Source: Lepidodermella squamata
Lineage: Eukaryota > Animalia > Gastrotricha
Direction: 5' to 3'
NCBI GenBank assembly: GCA_047495785.1
Contig: JBLDXI010000103.1
Location: forward strand, 124,001 to 188,000
Length of the DNA: 64,000 nucleotides
The first letter of the stretch is position 1; every line of letters starts with the position of its first letter. Position numbers and translations under genes: made by a program. Shown one piece after another: positions 35,827-50,800 of the stretch. The notes under the pieces were generated by a model. The model was not told where the DNA came from. It saw only the letters and a list, made by a program, of their open reading frames with translations, and ran no database searches.

Positions 35827-38800
35827 GATACTGCCCAGCTGGATGGGTGGAGGTGAACAAAGCCTGCTTCACCGTCAACGAAACACCACTGACCTGGGCC
35901 AATGCGAACACAGCTTGCGCAAAATTAGCCCCGGGCGCTCAATTGGCGATCCACTACAACATCGCCCCGCCTCTCCTCAATCCCGACATCCCCGTCAAAT
36001 GGATGGGCTGGCGATGGAACGGAACCAATTGGCTGAGCCACGACAACTTCCTCCTGCCATACTACAACATAGGTACATACTTCTCATACCTAAATATCGC
36101 AAATTTCCGAATTCTGGTTATCTAGCTGCTTTGGTTGGCTCAGCGGGAATGTGTGCTGTTTACGACACGTCAGTCCCAGGCTATTCGACCGCTCCGTGTT
36201 CTTCAACCCTGCCAAGCTACTGCCGTTTCATTCTCCACGTTTCAGACGCGACTGGTATCGTTCACAAGGGCAATGTGCTGAATTTGCCTCTGACTCGAAT
36301 GTACGGTTTCCGTGATCTGTCCTACCTGGAAGCGGGCTTTCTACCCCTGAGTCCCAATTCGCTTGCCATCAATTGGCCACTCGACGCCAACGAGCTGCTG
36401 TTCCATTCAGGGAACACTAATACTTACGGAATCTGTGCTTGGTTCAGGGGATCTGCATTACGCTTCCTTAACGTGGATGGCCGTTACGACTCGAAATTTA
36501 CATTCACGAATCGTGTCAGCTACACTTTCGGGTTATCGATTACAGGAAGCGTAAGTTGCTATCAAAACTGAATATATCAGGAATTTCAGACGGATAATTT
36601 GATGTTCTTGCGATATATTCATTCTGATTGAATTAACCGGACGACAACCAAGACTAACCAAGAGAAACTTGGATTTACTCCCACATGCGCAACCTCCACA
36701 TGCGCAACCCTAGACTATTATTTAATATTATTATTAGTGCGCGCGCGCTTGTTTCACGCTATGTCACAGCAAATCAACAGGAGTCCAAGGAATGATTTTA
36801 CCCTTGATTTTACCAATTACACTGTCAATTAAACGATGGCAAAATAATTTTCATAATTTCCAGCTATTAAATGAATCATTATAGAAATCGCTCAGGTCTT
36901 CAAAAACCCATGACATGAATCACCTCCCGAGGCAGCTCCTGTAAATTTAGCGCGGGTTTACCAAGGGTCCTGAAATCTTGACATATTTTATTGTCCCTCT
37001 GATTATTTGAATCAGTTAGCGGGAGGGATTGAGGATGAACAACGGCAGTTGCCCTTGTCCATATTGTTTCATATTGTAAGGTGGTCATTTGAACAAGACA
37101 AATCCTAGAAGAACTTGAGAGCCATGTTATTTTCATAGGGAAGTGGTCAGTTTTTCAGCCATTACATTGACAAATTGGACAATGGGAGTGTGGCAGCAGA
37201 CACGAATGGCGTCGGATTATCGTTCATCGCAGACAACAAAACCTTTAATATAAACCTGCGATACTCGAATGAAACATCACCGAGATCTGCCCTATCAGTT
37301 CCTAACTGTTTCACTGCAAATATAAGGACGCGTTACGCCATTTACATCGACTCTACTTCGGTTATTATGCGAAGCAGTGTGCATGGCGTTTGCTTGAACC
37401 AAAGTATTGCCGTGGATGTCGCCAAGCTAGCCCTGCGGAAGGGTATCCTTATCGGTCCGAGTGGCATCATCTGTAATTTCATAATCAGCAAATCAGCGTC
37501 AGCGGTGTCTCATTTCGAGTGGGAAGCCGAACAATTGTGGAACACATTTGCAGCTGAGCAAGCCTCCGCAGCAGCGGACATTGGATATGACCTTAGCACT
37601 ACGGTTGCATTTTGGCCTCTCACTGAATACAGCCGGGGTAAGGCCGATTTTCCATCTCGTAAACATTTCTTAGCATTATCCAGCGGTCCGAGTACGGCGT
37701 TCAACAATTTTCGAATTTTGCAAAAAACGCAAGGGTCCCCAGCAAATTTTGGGCAGAAATGCTGGATTACCCCCCTCCGCTGAGAGTTGTACCGATTCGG
37801 ACCAGTGCGCGAAGTACGTGGGGGAATGGGGGTATCGCACCCTAGTTCATTTGGGCAAAAGGTGGAAAGCCCTAAAAAAATCACACATGGATGGGAAAAG
37901 GGGAGACCTTTAGTCATACAATTTGACCCCAAAAATATCCCATTTAATCGAGGATCCTACTTCGCGCACTGATTCGGACCACTGACATAATGAGTTCCCT
38001 TTCGGGCTAACAACCTCAGAAGTCAGAAGTCCCTTGAAGCTAACATTCCTCTTCATTTTCTATTCCAGCTAGGGCATATTACTGGGAATCGATGGAAGAC
38101 CCTCTACCGCCGCCGACCCAGGCTCTTAATTTCGAGTACAATACCTTCATCGGGCAACGTGTTCTTACGTCGAAACCAGGCGCCCAGATTGGCGTGACCA
38201 TATCTGGCACCGCTGAAAGTGCAATACTTGCCCGCGGCACGACGCCGTATCGCTACTCTTTCTTTATCACGCGAGATACGTCAGGCCCTCTGATCGAGTT
38301 TTACCAAAAAAACAACGGCTACGCATCATTCACGATTTGGCGAATCGCATCTAATAACTCGTTTGTAATAACTGTGTTGTCACCTTATGTTGACGTTGAC
38401 TATCGCATTCTCGAGTTTGACGCGTGCAAACTGCCGAACGTTTCTTCTTATTCTGGAACACGTGTAGCTTATCGAGTTATGATGTATTACGCGTACTCAC
38501 CGAGCCAATACCAGTGCTTCGTTGATGGTGTCCTTATGCAAACCATGAACTTCTCTACACTGTACCCAACAGCATTATATGGTGTGAGAATCGGCCAATC
38601 TGTCCTCAGCTCGCCCTACGGCCCATTTGTTTCCAGTCAAACAAAATTGAAATCGTTTTTTCAAGGCCAGCTGTTTTGCGTTCATCTCACTGACGTCTCT
38701 GTAAATCCGCATGCGAATTTTTGCAAGAATGTGACATCGAAAACGCCTTTGTATGGAGGTCCAAACAACATCCTATACAAGCCTGGCATGCTTCGGGCAT

Positions 38801-41800
38801 TTTGGCCACTTGGGAGAGATTTACGTAAGATTTTTGCCAGTTTGACCCACGTTGAAACTTCAAGATAACTTAAAATTCGGCAAATCCACAAAACAGGCAT
38901 TTAAGATTTCGAAGTCACATTAGCAGTCATGAATTTTTACAAAATTCCTTTAACCAAAGAATTTCTTCTTCATTAAAGAGGCTATGGATGTATCGGGTAA
39001 TCGAATGGATGGTGTTGACATAATGATGGCTTCACGAACCGGCCCGACAAATCTCCCTTATTCTGCCGCTAGATTTTACGCTGGCACAATTGGCAATCAC
39101 ATTGATTTTCTTCGGCCTGATTATTCCTATACTCTCGGCTCGAACGGCTCTGTTACTTATTCGTTCTGGATGTATGCCTACTCGACATATGACAGATTGA
39201 TACTTGCTAATCGTGCAATTTTCTCCCACGTTTTGCCATACAACCCGACTGTAAATGCAATTCCGGTTTCTAAAACTAGTTATAACATTTGTTTTGCCCA
39301 TCCAAGGCTGAGACGACTGGATTTCGGATGACTGCTATCGACAAATTTGAGTTCCGCCTTTTCATAGGAACGACCCTTGTCCAAACGCTGCAAGTCACCG
39401 CAGCTACGCAATTTCAATTCATCAACAGATGGCTATGGGTCGTAATTCAGTACGACATGTGGAAAAGTCAGGTCAAACTCGTTGTCGATGGGGTAACTGA
39501 TGTCGAAACAGTCGAACCGCGAAGTTTGACCACAACAGGCTGGCTTCAGATGGGCTTTCAAAATGGCCTGGTAATTAGATAATTTGTTTAGAAAATTAAA
39601 GCTTGTTTCTTTTTATGTACGAATCAGTCGTTTGACGGTGCATTGAGCTGCTTTTCAATCTACAGCTACGCCGTACCTGAGTGGGAACTCGCAAACGTTC
39701 AGAAAATGTGCAATGATACCTTGGATTATTTTTACGGAAAATGTAATCCTTTGGTGGTTGAATCATCTGAATTCAACCATTTTCTTACAGATAGCACTTT
39801 GTTTTCCTTTCCAAGCCGGCTTGTTGGCATTTGGCCTCTTAACAGAAAGTTCTTGGCAATGGACGTTGGTGGACACAAGATTCATTTTTCAGTACAATTT
39901 TGGAGAATTTTAATCTATTCTAATAATTTTATCCTTTTATTCAGATGACTTACGGTTCGAATGTAAACCAACTCGCAAGGTGGGTCACTGGACCGAATGG
40001 AAAGCGCGAAGCTGCCGTTTCTGTCGGTGGAAATATTTCAGGAAATGCTCTTGAAATGAGTTATTTGAGTGTATGCAGCCTCTCTTATTCGATTTCTGTT
40101 GCAATATTTTTTTTTTCATCAAGAATATGAACAGCAATTGCAACCCGGCGTTTACGTACGAGTTCATTTACAAGTTCGGAATGGTGAACGGTGACCATGG
40201 ATTGACCGTTTCATTCTACTTCCGATATGTGTAAGTCCTAATACCTAAGCTATATTCTAATCAATTTTGAAATCTGTACCACAGAAACACGAATGAGGAT
40301 TTCACGTACATGCGAAACACTGGCAATATTTACGTCCGAACTCGGAATAACGTCCTTTCCTTTTCATTCGGAACGCCCGAAGGCCCACTGGGTCCCCACG
40401 CAACGGCGTCATGTGTCATGCCGTGAGTTGAGCCAATATCTAGGTATTTAAAAGCTTAGAGTTCTATTTACGTTTTTCAGAATTGATAAATATGCCTCCC
40501 CATCTTGGATCTTTTTCACGGCAATCATCTACAACGCAAATGTCTCTGGTAACGCTTATATCGCCGCGAGCGTGTTCTTAAACGGCCAACCTCTCTGTAA
40601 CAACACTGCGTCTTCTAGAGCCACGGCTAACCTCTACGACAACTCACCGTATCTTTACGACAACATTTATCTTGGAAATTACGCTACTCCAAGCGGTAAT
40701 ACGACTATGGCCTGTGAGTCTTAAAACTGAGTTAATCGTCAATATCAATATTTTCATTTCAGGTTTTACGATCTTCGCCGAAATTATAACGGATCTATTG
40801 GCCCTGAAGGCTGATTGTGATCGAATAATTTCTGGGCAAGTGGACCATTTGCTTGCCCCTGTTGTTAAACCAGCCGTGTTATTGCCTCTCTCTGCCCACA
40901 CCCAGGGCGAAAACACAGCCCCCGATGGCATTCCGTTGAATGGCCGGTTTTCGGGTGTTACCTTCACGAAAGGTCCTACCGGGCTACCGTACGGGGCAAT
41001 GAAGTTCTCAGGCGACATCTACCAGTATTTTCTGGTGAATACATCGCTTGATGGCGGCATGGACTTTCAATCCCAATCTCGAAGCGCGACTTTTCTTTAC
41101 CAGATCAATCATGACCCCTTTTACAGCAACTACGAGTTAGCATTTGCTTATACGACAAAAACTGGGCTCACGAGCGCCTTTGCGCCGCAGCTTAATGGCA
41201 CATTGTATTTTCCGACGAAAGATGGGATAACAAAGGCCCCTAATACCGTGGTTCACGGTAATAATCTTGTTAACGCAAAGACTGGCGTCTGGCACACGCA
41301 TAGCTTCAGCTACGAAATCGGCGGTGATATGAGTTTGGTGACTTGGGACGGCAGAGTGTTCAACGTTATTGGAGAGAGGAAAACTTGTAACTCAGCGACA
41401 CTCAAAGCATCTGACGGCCACTTTTTACTCGGAAGCTCCCCAGCGGCTCCAGGTAAATATGTTGCGCTAGGAATTCTATTTCTTACCATAAACATTTCTG
41501 AAGTTGGATTCTCGGATGACAACTTTGGCCTTGTTGGTTCAATGTCGTGTTTCCAGTACTACGGCCGAGGATTAGGACCGTATGAAATCTCTCAAGCCTC
41601 AAAATGGTGCAATCACCCAGATTACATCGGCTGTTACTCGAACATAACTCAAACTCCGACGAAACGAATGATTGTCGATAGGTCTGGCATGACTGCCACC
41701 AAATGCAGACAATTTTGTGGTGAGATTTCCTGCTTTCTTGAAATGGACTCGAATCGTTTAAATTACAGGAAAGGGCGGCAATAGATATGCCGGAATTGAG

Positions 41801-44800
41801 GGTGGAGATACGTGCAAGTGTTTTGACGCTATTTCGTTCGCGAGATTCAAACTGGTCCAGAACAGTCTTTGCGGCATGTTTGTATCAGGAAATGCGGTAG
41901 AACTCGGAGGTGGGGCGGATTCTAGTGGTTACACTGCGCTTTACACATCCAGCTATTCCCGAAATGTCTCCCAAGATCTTGCGATTGCTGCGACTAGGAA
42001 TATTTGTAAGATATTTTACTTTATTTGAGAGGCGATGTTTCCATTTTGAGAAACTATTTCAGACTGCCCGCCGGGTTACTACAGCATACCTCCTAATCAT
42101 TACCATTGCTATGCCCTGCTTCAACCTGACACCTTTTTAGAATACAGCGTTTCAGAGGCGGCTTGTGAGGCTTCGTATGGTCCCTCGGCCCTAATTTACC
42201 CGGAAAGTGAGGAAGAAAACACGCTTCTCGACTCGATCAATACTTGGCGAATGTGGATCGGCTGTTCTGGTATCACGATGAATGCCGATGTTGGGGTCTG
42301 CCAGCGAGAAGATGGAAAACGGCTGCCCGCATATTACAAGTAATTACCTTCCCAAAACAGAACATCTTCAATAATAGCTGTAATTCTCTTTCAGTTATCG
42401 AAGTAATACAGTTGGAACAGCGGCCAACCCCCTTGAGGCTTATACGAATGATGTAATGGTAAACTGGGCGGTTGTAGCGACGTACACCGCAAAAACGGTT
42501 TGCAAAGCCCCACCACCTCAAACCTCTCGTAAGTTCTCCCCGTAAACCATAACCCGAAAGACAATAGAGACGAGGTAGGGGAGGGTAGACCGAATAGCTT
42601 TTCACTTTTCACTCTTTGCCTCTTTTGTGAAGTAGTAAATGTTCTGATTTATTGACTAGTCTGCCCCCGGTTTACGACACGAGCTTTTGGCAACTGCTAT
42701 TTATTTGTTTACGAGCCGAAATCTTTCGACGACGCGGACGCTTATTGCGCTCGCTATGCTGCTGGTGGGCGTCTGACGCCAGCAACAGTTCCGGCTAAAT
42801 TCTACCTTAACACACTCCTACCATTCAGCGCTAGTTCGTTCTGGATGGGTTTACGTTACACTAATCCGAGCACGGTGTCGCGCACTGACGGCACTGTCTG
42901 GGTGGCGGACTCCACATTTTTCGCCATTGACCAGCCAACAAGTGGCATCGACATGCGGGCGCCTTGTATCTACGCAGATGTTCGATCCAACTTTCAATTT
43001 CGAACAGCGCCATGTGAAGAACTGAAGACTTTCATGTGCGCTTTCCCACCAGTCCTCTCGCAATATGCTCTGAATGCTTCAGTTTACGGCGTTCCTCCTT
43101 ACGCTATGAGGACGTCTGCTACTGGGGTTTCGAACGCCCATCAAGGCGTGATTGGATCTTCGAGCTCGATTTGTACCACATCAACATCTGACTACGTCCA
43201 GGTCGACTACTCCTGGTCGGTCAGAATCCTATCTGTCACTATAGAGTGCATCCCCCAAGCCACGTTATGCCCTAATAGCTATCAGCTGAAGTACAGTACT
43301 GATGGAAAGGTTTGGACAACTTACCTCTGGCAAACTGCAACTTACTACTACGGTGTGAGTGGCACAAAACAGAGTATCACAGCTCCGTCAGCAAATTACT
43401 CAACATTGCTACCCCTCCTCGACAATACAAACAAAGTGATGACCCACATTTTCTCAACATTTTTGCAAGCCCGATACATTCGATTGGCATCGCTGAGTAC
43501 CACTGTTAAGAACTGTTTTCGCTTCAACTTTGCTGCGACGATAAGGGAAACAAGCACAGTGGCGGATTACGGCGTAGCTCGTCATTTCGGCCCTGTTGCA
43601 CTCATCGCTCGGGTCAATGCCGGCCGATTTGCCGATATTCGGCTCATGGTCCATCAATTTGGGTTTTCGCCCGTGCCTAGAATGACACTACCACCATCGC
43701 CCATTTCCTTATTCGACGACCCTGTTTACGTTCCGAGGATCGTTGGTACCCAGAAAATAACCATCATAGCAACGGACGCTGAGGGTTTCGAAGCTGTCAC
43801 ATCAGCGATGTTACCCCTTGAGACGAGGACTAGAGATTTGTTCATCACCACCTGCCCTTCGACGGCTGATGCTGGAACTACAATGAAATGCTTCGTTAGG
43901 GCGGTTGGCGGGTCGAATTTTACGATGACTACAACGTATGGAGCTCTACTTCAAGGCCAACGACAGTATACCTCTCAAGTGTTGGGTTAGTTCCCAAATA
44001 ATACCTGTTTCTTCATTAATTCTCGCAAATTTTCGAAATTTTCTGGAATTTTCAAACAAATTTCAAATTTGTAATCCAAAATCTGCGAATTTCCCAGAAA
44101 ATTTCCGGAAATCTGGAAAACCCTGGGGCATTGTTAATTTTGTATTCTTTTCGCTGCAGCTACGCGGCGAGAGTATGGTATCATTGAGACGGTCGAAACA
44201 CTTAAGATGGCATATCCATCGTGGGGCGCTGTAACTGCTCTGAACGTGAATTTCCCCTTTGACAAACATGCAACAGTATACGCGATCGAAGCTAGGTTTG
44301 TAGAGAGAATCTCATTCCCAACCCTTGGATTAACGCTCATTTTAGCTTGGATTTCCTTGGAAATGTCACGTTCTTCTTCATGGTTCCCGATTGCGCAGTT
44401 GGAACTACGTTTTGCATGCAAAGCTTCAGCTGCCTTAACAACACTTTGATCTGCAAGAACCAGCGACCTTCCCGGTTTTCCTTCAAATGTCAATCTGGCT
44501 ATAAGCCCTGTGAAGATGGGAAGTCGTGCTGTTCCTACACCCTAAACCCTCCAACAGTCCCTCCCTACAAGAACTACTACAACCTTACAAACGCTCCAAA
44601 CAGCTATAAAGTTGTTGCGAAGCATGAGGCGATATTTCAATCAACGGGCCGGCAAATTTACTACATACCAGCTGATGCGATTCAAGAGTACCCGCCTGGA
44701 ACAATCCTAGCCGCTGCCGTTCCAGTTGCTAACGCTTATGGAATGGCAAGGTTGAAGTTTTATAACATCACCGATATCCCGGTCTATACAGTCGCTGGTG

Positions 44801-47800
44801 CGACTGCAACAGTAAACACTTCATACCCGGCTACAGGAACGACTAAGAGAATCGGTCTACCTATGATTCGAGCGATAACTGTCGACTCTACTACCTTTGG
44901 CCTTCATATATCATGGCAAGGGAATTGCGGTCCTGTACCTTTCACGGCTTCTACTGTCGATTCAAATTGGCCTGATAACGTTTTGATTGCTACGACAAAC
45001 ATCACAATCAATTCAGACTGTTCTAGGCCTGATCTGGTTTCTCAGGGTTTCATTTACGCCCAAACTGTTGCAAAGTTCAATTTGACTCGCGTTTTCAACT
45101 GCTATTGCCGTTACGAGATCAAATGGAGCGATTCAGCGGCTGGTTACGTTCCTCTGACTTGGTCGGACCTGGACAATTTTGTTGAAATGCAGCGAGTTTT
45201 CCCTGATGCTGGGAAATACATCTTATACCTTAGAGTTTACAATTTTCTCAACGAGTCCTTTTTTAACGTGAGAAGATTTTATCGTCAAGGGCTATCTATG
45301 CCTACTCATTTTTATACTAGATCACGATAAGTGTTCTGAATTCGATATCGGAAATCGATGTCAGAACACCAAACTTCCCTGCTTCATCCGTAGATATTCC
45401 AGTTGCCGTTGAGGTTGTCGCATATACTGGAAGCTCTTTCGACGATGGTATGTTCTTTATTGTACATGAGGGGCCATTTGTTTAATGGTTTTTTAAAGGA
45501 ATGGTGAGAAATTGGTCGATTTCTTATGGGGATCATTCTGTTTACGAGAGCTTTGACATGCCGCGTGATATTGCTGAAAATGGGACATGCCAACCTGGCT
45601 GGACCTTGATCAGGTCGACTGGGCTTTGCTTGATGTTCGTTAACGTTTCACTAGCCTATGGAGATGCAGAGAACTATTGCGCCTCTATGGGCGCAACTTT
45701 GCCTTACCTTCCAGCGTCATTCGGCTTGAGTATATCTGATGTTAAAGCTTTAATGACAGCGCTCGGAGACACTGCTGCTATAATGTGGGACGGCGCTAGT
45801 AAGATGCGCAGCAAACCGGGCTTCACGATTACTGCTTCGAACGATGTTGCTAGGATCACCAACGCATATTTCTCATCAGCGCAGCTTTGCTACTCTTGGA
45901 CTCCCTATACTGCCACTATGTATGGGACTCAAGACTGCTCTGATAAATTCCGATTCTTCTGCCAACAGCCTATTCAAAGTAAGTTTGTCTTGCAATCGAA
46001 ATTTGATTCATTTCAATCAAATTGTCCCAGATTTCAAGCTATGTGGTCCAGAAGGCGAGCTGTGGTCAATTTACGGTGGTATTTGTTACAGGGCTTTTAC
46101 GGACAGAGCTGAGACGTGGTCAAACTCGGCTGACCGCTGCAGAGATATGGGAGGGCAACTGATGAGTCTCAGAGGCCCTGCAAGCGACGTCAAAGCTTTC
46201 GGAGATTACATTAAACAATTTGTAAATTCCAGTTTTCAATACAGCGTAAACTGCGCTCGCGGTTTCAATTATTCAAGAATTTGTTCCGATTTTTTCGGCA
46301 ATGTCTATCGTTATGATGGAACCCTGAGTACATTAACCCGGTTCACTTTTAATCTGAACACCAGCCAGTTGACTCCAACATCGGCATCAGCGTATGCGAT
46401 CTGCGAGCGGCCCTTCATGTCCCAAGCAAAACCCCGGCTCTACTTCAATCGATTAGCTAATCGGCGACTTATTCCATCGACGGATCCCGCCATCAACTGC
46501 CCACAGGGTATGGCACAGGCCGGTTCGACTTGCTTCGGCCTGGTGAAAGACCCGGAAACCTTGGAAGATGCTGCTTCGAAGTGCAAAGGTCTATTCGATG
46601 GATATTTGGCCCGATTAAGTAATTCGAGTGATAACTCCTTTGCAACACAACTCATTTCTGCCGGGGGTATTGCCGAAGCTTGGATTGGGTTAACCACTGG
46701 AGGGGTGTCAAATTCTTGGCTATGGTTAGATGGAACTGGACTACTCGCAGAACAGCCCTATCTTAATTGGGCTGGCCAGTCGAATCCCCTAACTTCGCCA
46801 AAGGTTAGTGGAGCTTCAATTTTAGCTTCAACTGGTAAATGGAGCGTTCAAGATTCTGCGGTTGCTAAACCTTATGTTTGCATGAGGAAGCCGTTACAGC
46901 AACGCGTTTTCTCAGGAAGTTGCGACAGTTACGCCAACAATCTGAGCCATCGAAACGGGCTGTGTTTGATGAGTCCAATGTTAAACAGCCCAGCAGCTGC
47001 TTCTGCGGCTAATAAGTCATGCTTGAACCTAATCGGCGGAAAATTGTTAGAGCCAATCACTGGGGATCAATGGCAACAAGCTGTTCGCTTTATCTTCGAA
47101 ACTGTTCAATGGAACGGGCCTACCGAACCTATTTGGACGGGACTGATTTACAACCAAATGGGAATAGTCAGCCCCATTGCTGATCAGGCTGTTTATGTGA
47201 AATGGCCGCTTGGTTACCAGCCTAATTTAGCTCTAGGCGGCTGTGTGGCTTTGTATCCTGAAGGTTACGCGAAACTTGCGCCTTGTAGCAACAGCTATCG
47301 TTACGCCTGCCAGGTGGCAGCTGTGAAATGCCCAATGGGTTGGCAAAGTTGGGGAGGAATGTGCTACAAGAGCTCAGAGGACGATACAACGCTGCAATCG
47401 TACACCGTGCCAGATGTTACAGGCAGTACCTGTCGGCTTTTGTTGGACTCTTATCCAACTTCGTTGGCTAGTGCCGCTGAAATCATTGGAATTCGCTCGA
47501 TTCCTTACGCAGGCTTGCCGTCCCGAATAGCAACAGGTCAAACACTACCGAGTAATAATAATCTTATAAAATCGGATAGTGGAAGGCCGATATATTCGCC
47601 AAATAAGCCGGTGAATGTAACAAGATACCGCCTCTACATCAACGAAACTAATCAAGTGGCTTATATCATTGATACGGACACTCCGCTTCCAATGCAAGTG
47701 GTATGCCAACGCCCTACAACGATCAACCCAGACGACTGTGCTCTAGCTTGCCTGACCTCGAGAGTCGAACCCTGCAGCACATTTGAGTATAGGGGCGAAA

Positions 47801-50800
47801 GCTGTCTGCTATTCAGCGAAGCTATAACGACCAATACTTATGGTATTCGCAACTCTAACGGCTACTCAGACCTATACACTTTGGATGAAGGAGCTAATCG
47901 ATGCTCTGATTCTGTGTTAGCCTCGATCCAAGGAATTCAGTACTCAGGGCGGGACAATGAGTCAAACCCTAGCAACGCACGTTACAGATCGGGAGGTAAA
48001 GGATTCGTCCCAGTTTCCTCTTCAGATTACCTCGAGGTAGAACTTCACTGTCAATTTTCGTTGATATCCCTAATTTTTTAAATTTAGATTCTGTTCCCTC
48101 ATCTGGTATCGCTATACAGTTTTACAATCGCAACGGTTACATCCAGTTTCGTGACTTCAATTCGATTCGAATGTGGTTATAGCCTGAACGACCCCTATGC
48201 ACCTTGTTTCCTAACTGAAGACAATAACTATCAAGTATTTCAAGTTCAACCGAAAGCGGACCCAACGATCATCGACTTCCCGAAATTCATCACAATCCGC
48301 CGCATTCGAGTCGTCCCAGTTACCTTTTCCGGCTGGCCGAATTACCAAATCGAGTTCTCAGGTTGCCAAACGATTCTAGGGGTAACAAGAAGGATTCACA
48401 AGTATTCCAAAGTTGGGACATATCAGGCCGAGTTGAGCACATCTTCCGGTCAGAGTTCTACAAGTTTTCTTGTGGCGGACGCTGTTGGTTTGCTAGACGT
48501 CAAATTGCCAGCTGCTTTACGGGTTGGCTCGGGTTACCAAATTCCTTTCAACTATAGTTCGACATCATTTGCTAGCGCTAATGCTTCATTCTTCGGCCAA
48601 CCTGTTCCGACAACTGTTTTCGCGAATAAGTCCGGGATTATCTCTATACCTAAAGAGCTAGTTGGCGCTTATGGGATTGATGGAAATGTTACCTTGAACG
48701 TATCATTGGATAACCCTATATCAGACCCAGTGACTTTCGACTTTGTGACATACGTCGAATTCCCAATAACTTGGCTGAATGTCACGTCAAATCAAACTGC
48801 CGAATACGGAGCATATCGCGCTGAGCCTGTCCGTTTCTATCTCAGCGGGTCGAATTGTTCAAGATGTAGCCTCAACATTACTTTCCAAACTCCATTTGGC
48901 TACACTAGTCGCGTGATTTATTTCCCCCTATTTTCCGACGCGAAAGTCTTCTCTGATGTCCTTTTCGCTTGGGATGCAGTTGGGTTATACTCCGTGAATT
49001 TTGTGATGAAGAATTTGGTTAGCTCAGCCTCGACATCGATAACAGTAGCTGTGGAAAGCCCGGCGAGAAATTTCTATTTTGAAACCACCCTAATCAATGC
49101 CCTACCGAAGTTTGGAGCTATTCCTCTTTCATGCGCTGTAGGCTATAGAGGAGATGCTATCGACTACCCGAAATGGCCGAGACAGCCAGATTACTCAATC
49201 ACAATGTGGGACGGGACTGTTATAGCTGGGAGATTCAGCGTTAACAACATCCCAAACTCCGGGTACCTGAACTTCAACATCTTTACCTTTCAACACATTT
49301 GGGGTGAAATCGGGAACTACCCCGTCGTAGTCACGTTTTCAAACGCGAATTCTAACTTCACAAAGATTTACTACGTCGAGTTTCAGCAGACCATTGCAGA
49401 GGTCCAACTCGCGCCGGTAACTCCTGAATTGGTTGGAACTGGTGGTTCGGCAAACATCTCAATCCAAGTAGTTTGGGGTGCGCCCTATCAATACATGATT
49501 AAATACGATGGCTATGAATCACCCTGGTCTGAAATGCTGAATGATACAGAAGTCATAGCTTCAATTCCATTCCCCGACCCTGGAGACTATAGACCATCAG
49601 TTACCCTGAGGAACTTGGTCAGCACGTATGGACCGATTCCTTTAAATGTGATGTATAAGGTCGCTATACCAATCAGCGACCAACTGTTTGTGGTGAAGGC
49701 TGATCCCAAGTTCGGCCAACTTGGACGAAACACAAACGGAGTAATGTCGTCCTCCTTAATCAATATTGGCGTATGGCGTAATAAGACTGAACCTTTTGCT
49801 GATGGCATGCGGGCCGTTGTCTATTACGGGGATGGCGAGATGTTGGACTTTGGCATGTTCTACTGCGATCCTGCCTATGAAGGAAATGTTAATGGCGAGT
49901 TGATGCAATGCTCAAATTTCCGTCATACTTACAAGTCATCAGGGAATTTTGAGCCGAAAGTAGTGGTGAAAAACGCTGTTTCAACTGCTGAATACTCTAC
50001 AATCGTCCCAATTTACTTCGAAATTCCTAACGATCTTGCCATTTCAATTTATTACCGCCTTGATAGCTCTTCGCCTTGGATGAGAGGGCTCGGACAGGAT
50101 CGGAACTACGTAATTGCTGGGAGTGAAGTTCTCTTCTCGTCAAACGCACCGATCGGTGCTCTGTTTCAAGTTTGTTGGGTTTTCGGCGATGGTTACTCAT
50201 CGGCTTGCCCGTCTGAGTTCACTCCAACACCATTTGAGGCCAGTCATACCTTCAAAAACGAAACAGCATGTGGAGCTTACAAGGAATCGTGTAGCTTCAC
50301 GGCTGTAATGAACCTCAGTAGTCCATTTCAGTGGACCGATGCTAAATTGGACTTTTACATCCAGAAATTGTCGAAAAACGTCAAGATACAAGTTCCGTAC
50401 ACTGATGCGATCAAACATGAGACATTCCTCAAGATCACTTTCGACGAACTCGGAACTGATGGTATGTGGCCTTAATTAGGTTAAATCAAATTATTTCAAC
50501 TCTGATTCCAGCTTGTGTTTTCGTCGATTTTGGCTCTGATTACGTGGATGATGCGCGCCGCATCCTCCGAGGCTCTGAGTACATGTGTGCGAATTTTTAT
50601 AACGACCTTGAATTACTCCGCACCTTGAGGCCCCTCTCAAAGACTGAACGCCTAACTAGAAAAATTACTCTTCCTGTTACATTTACCAGGAAGGGTGCTT
50701 ATACGGTAAAGGCTAGCGTTCGAAACATGGTTGATACCTACGATTGGGTTAGCTATCCTCAGGATATGCAGAAAGCAATTGTTATCACGAATGGGCCCTG

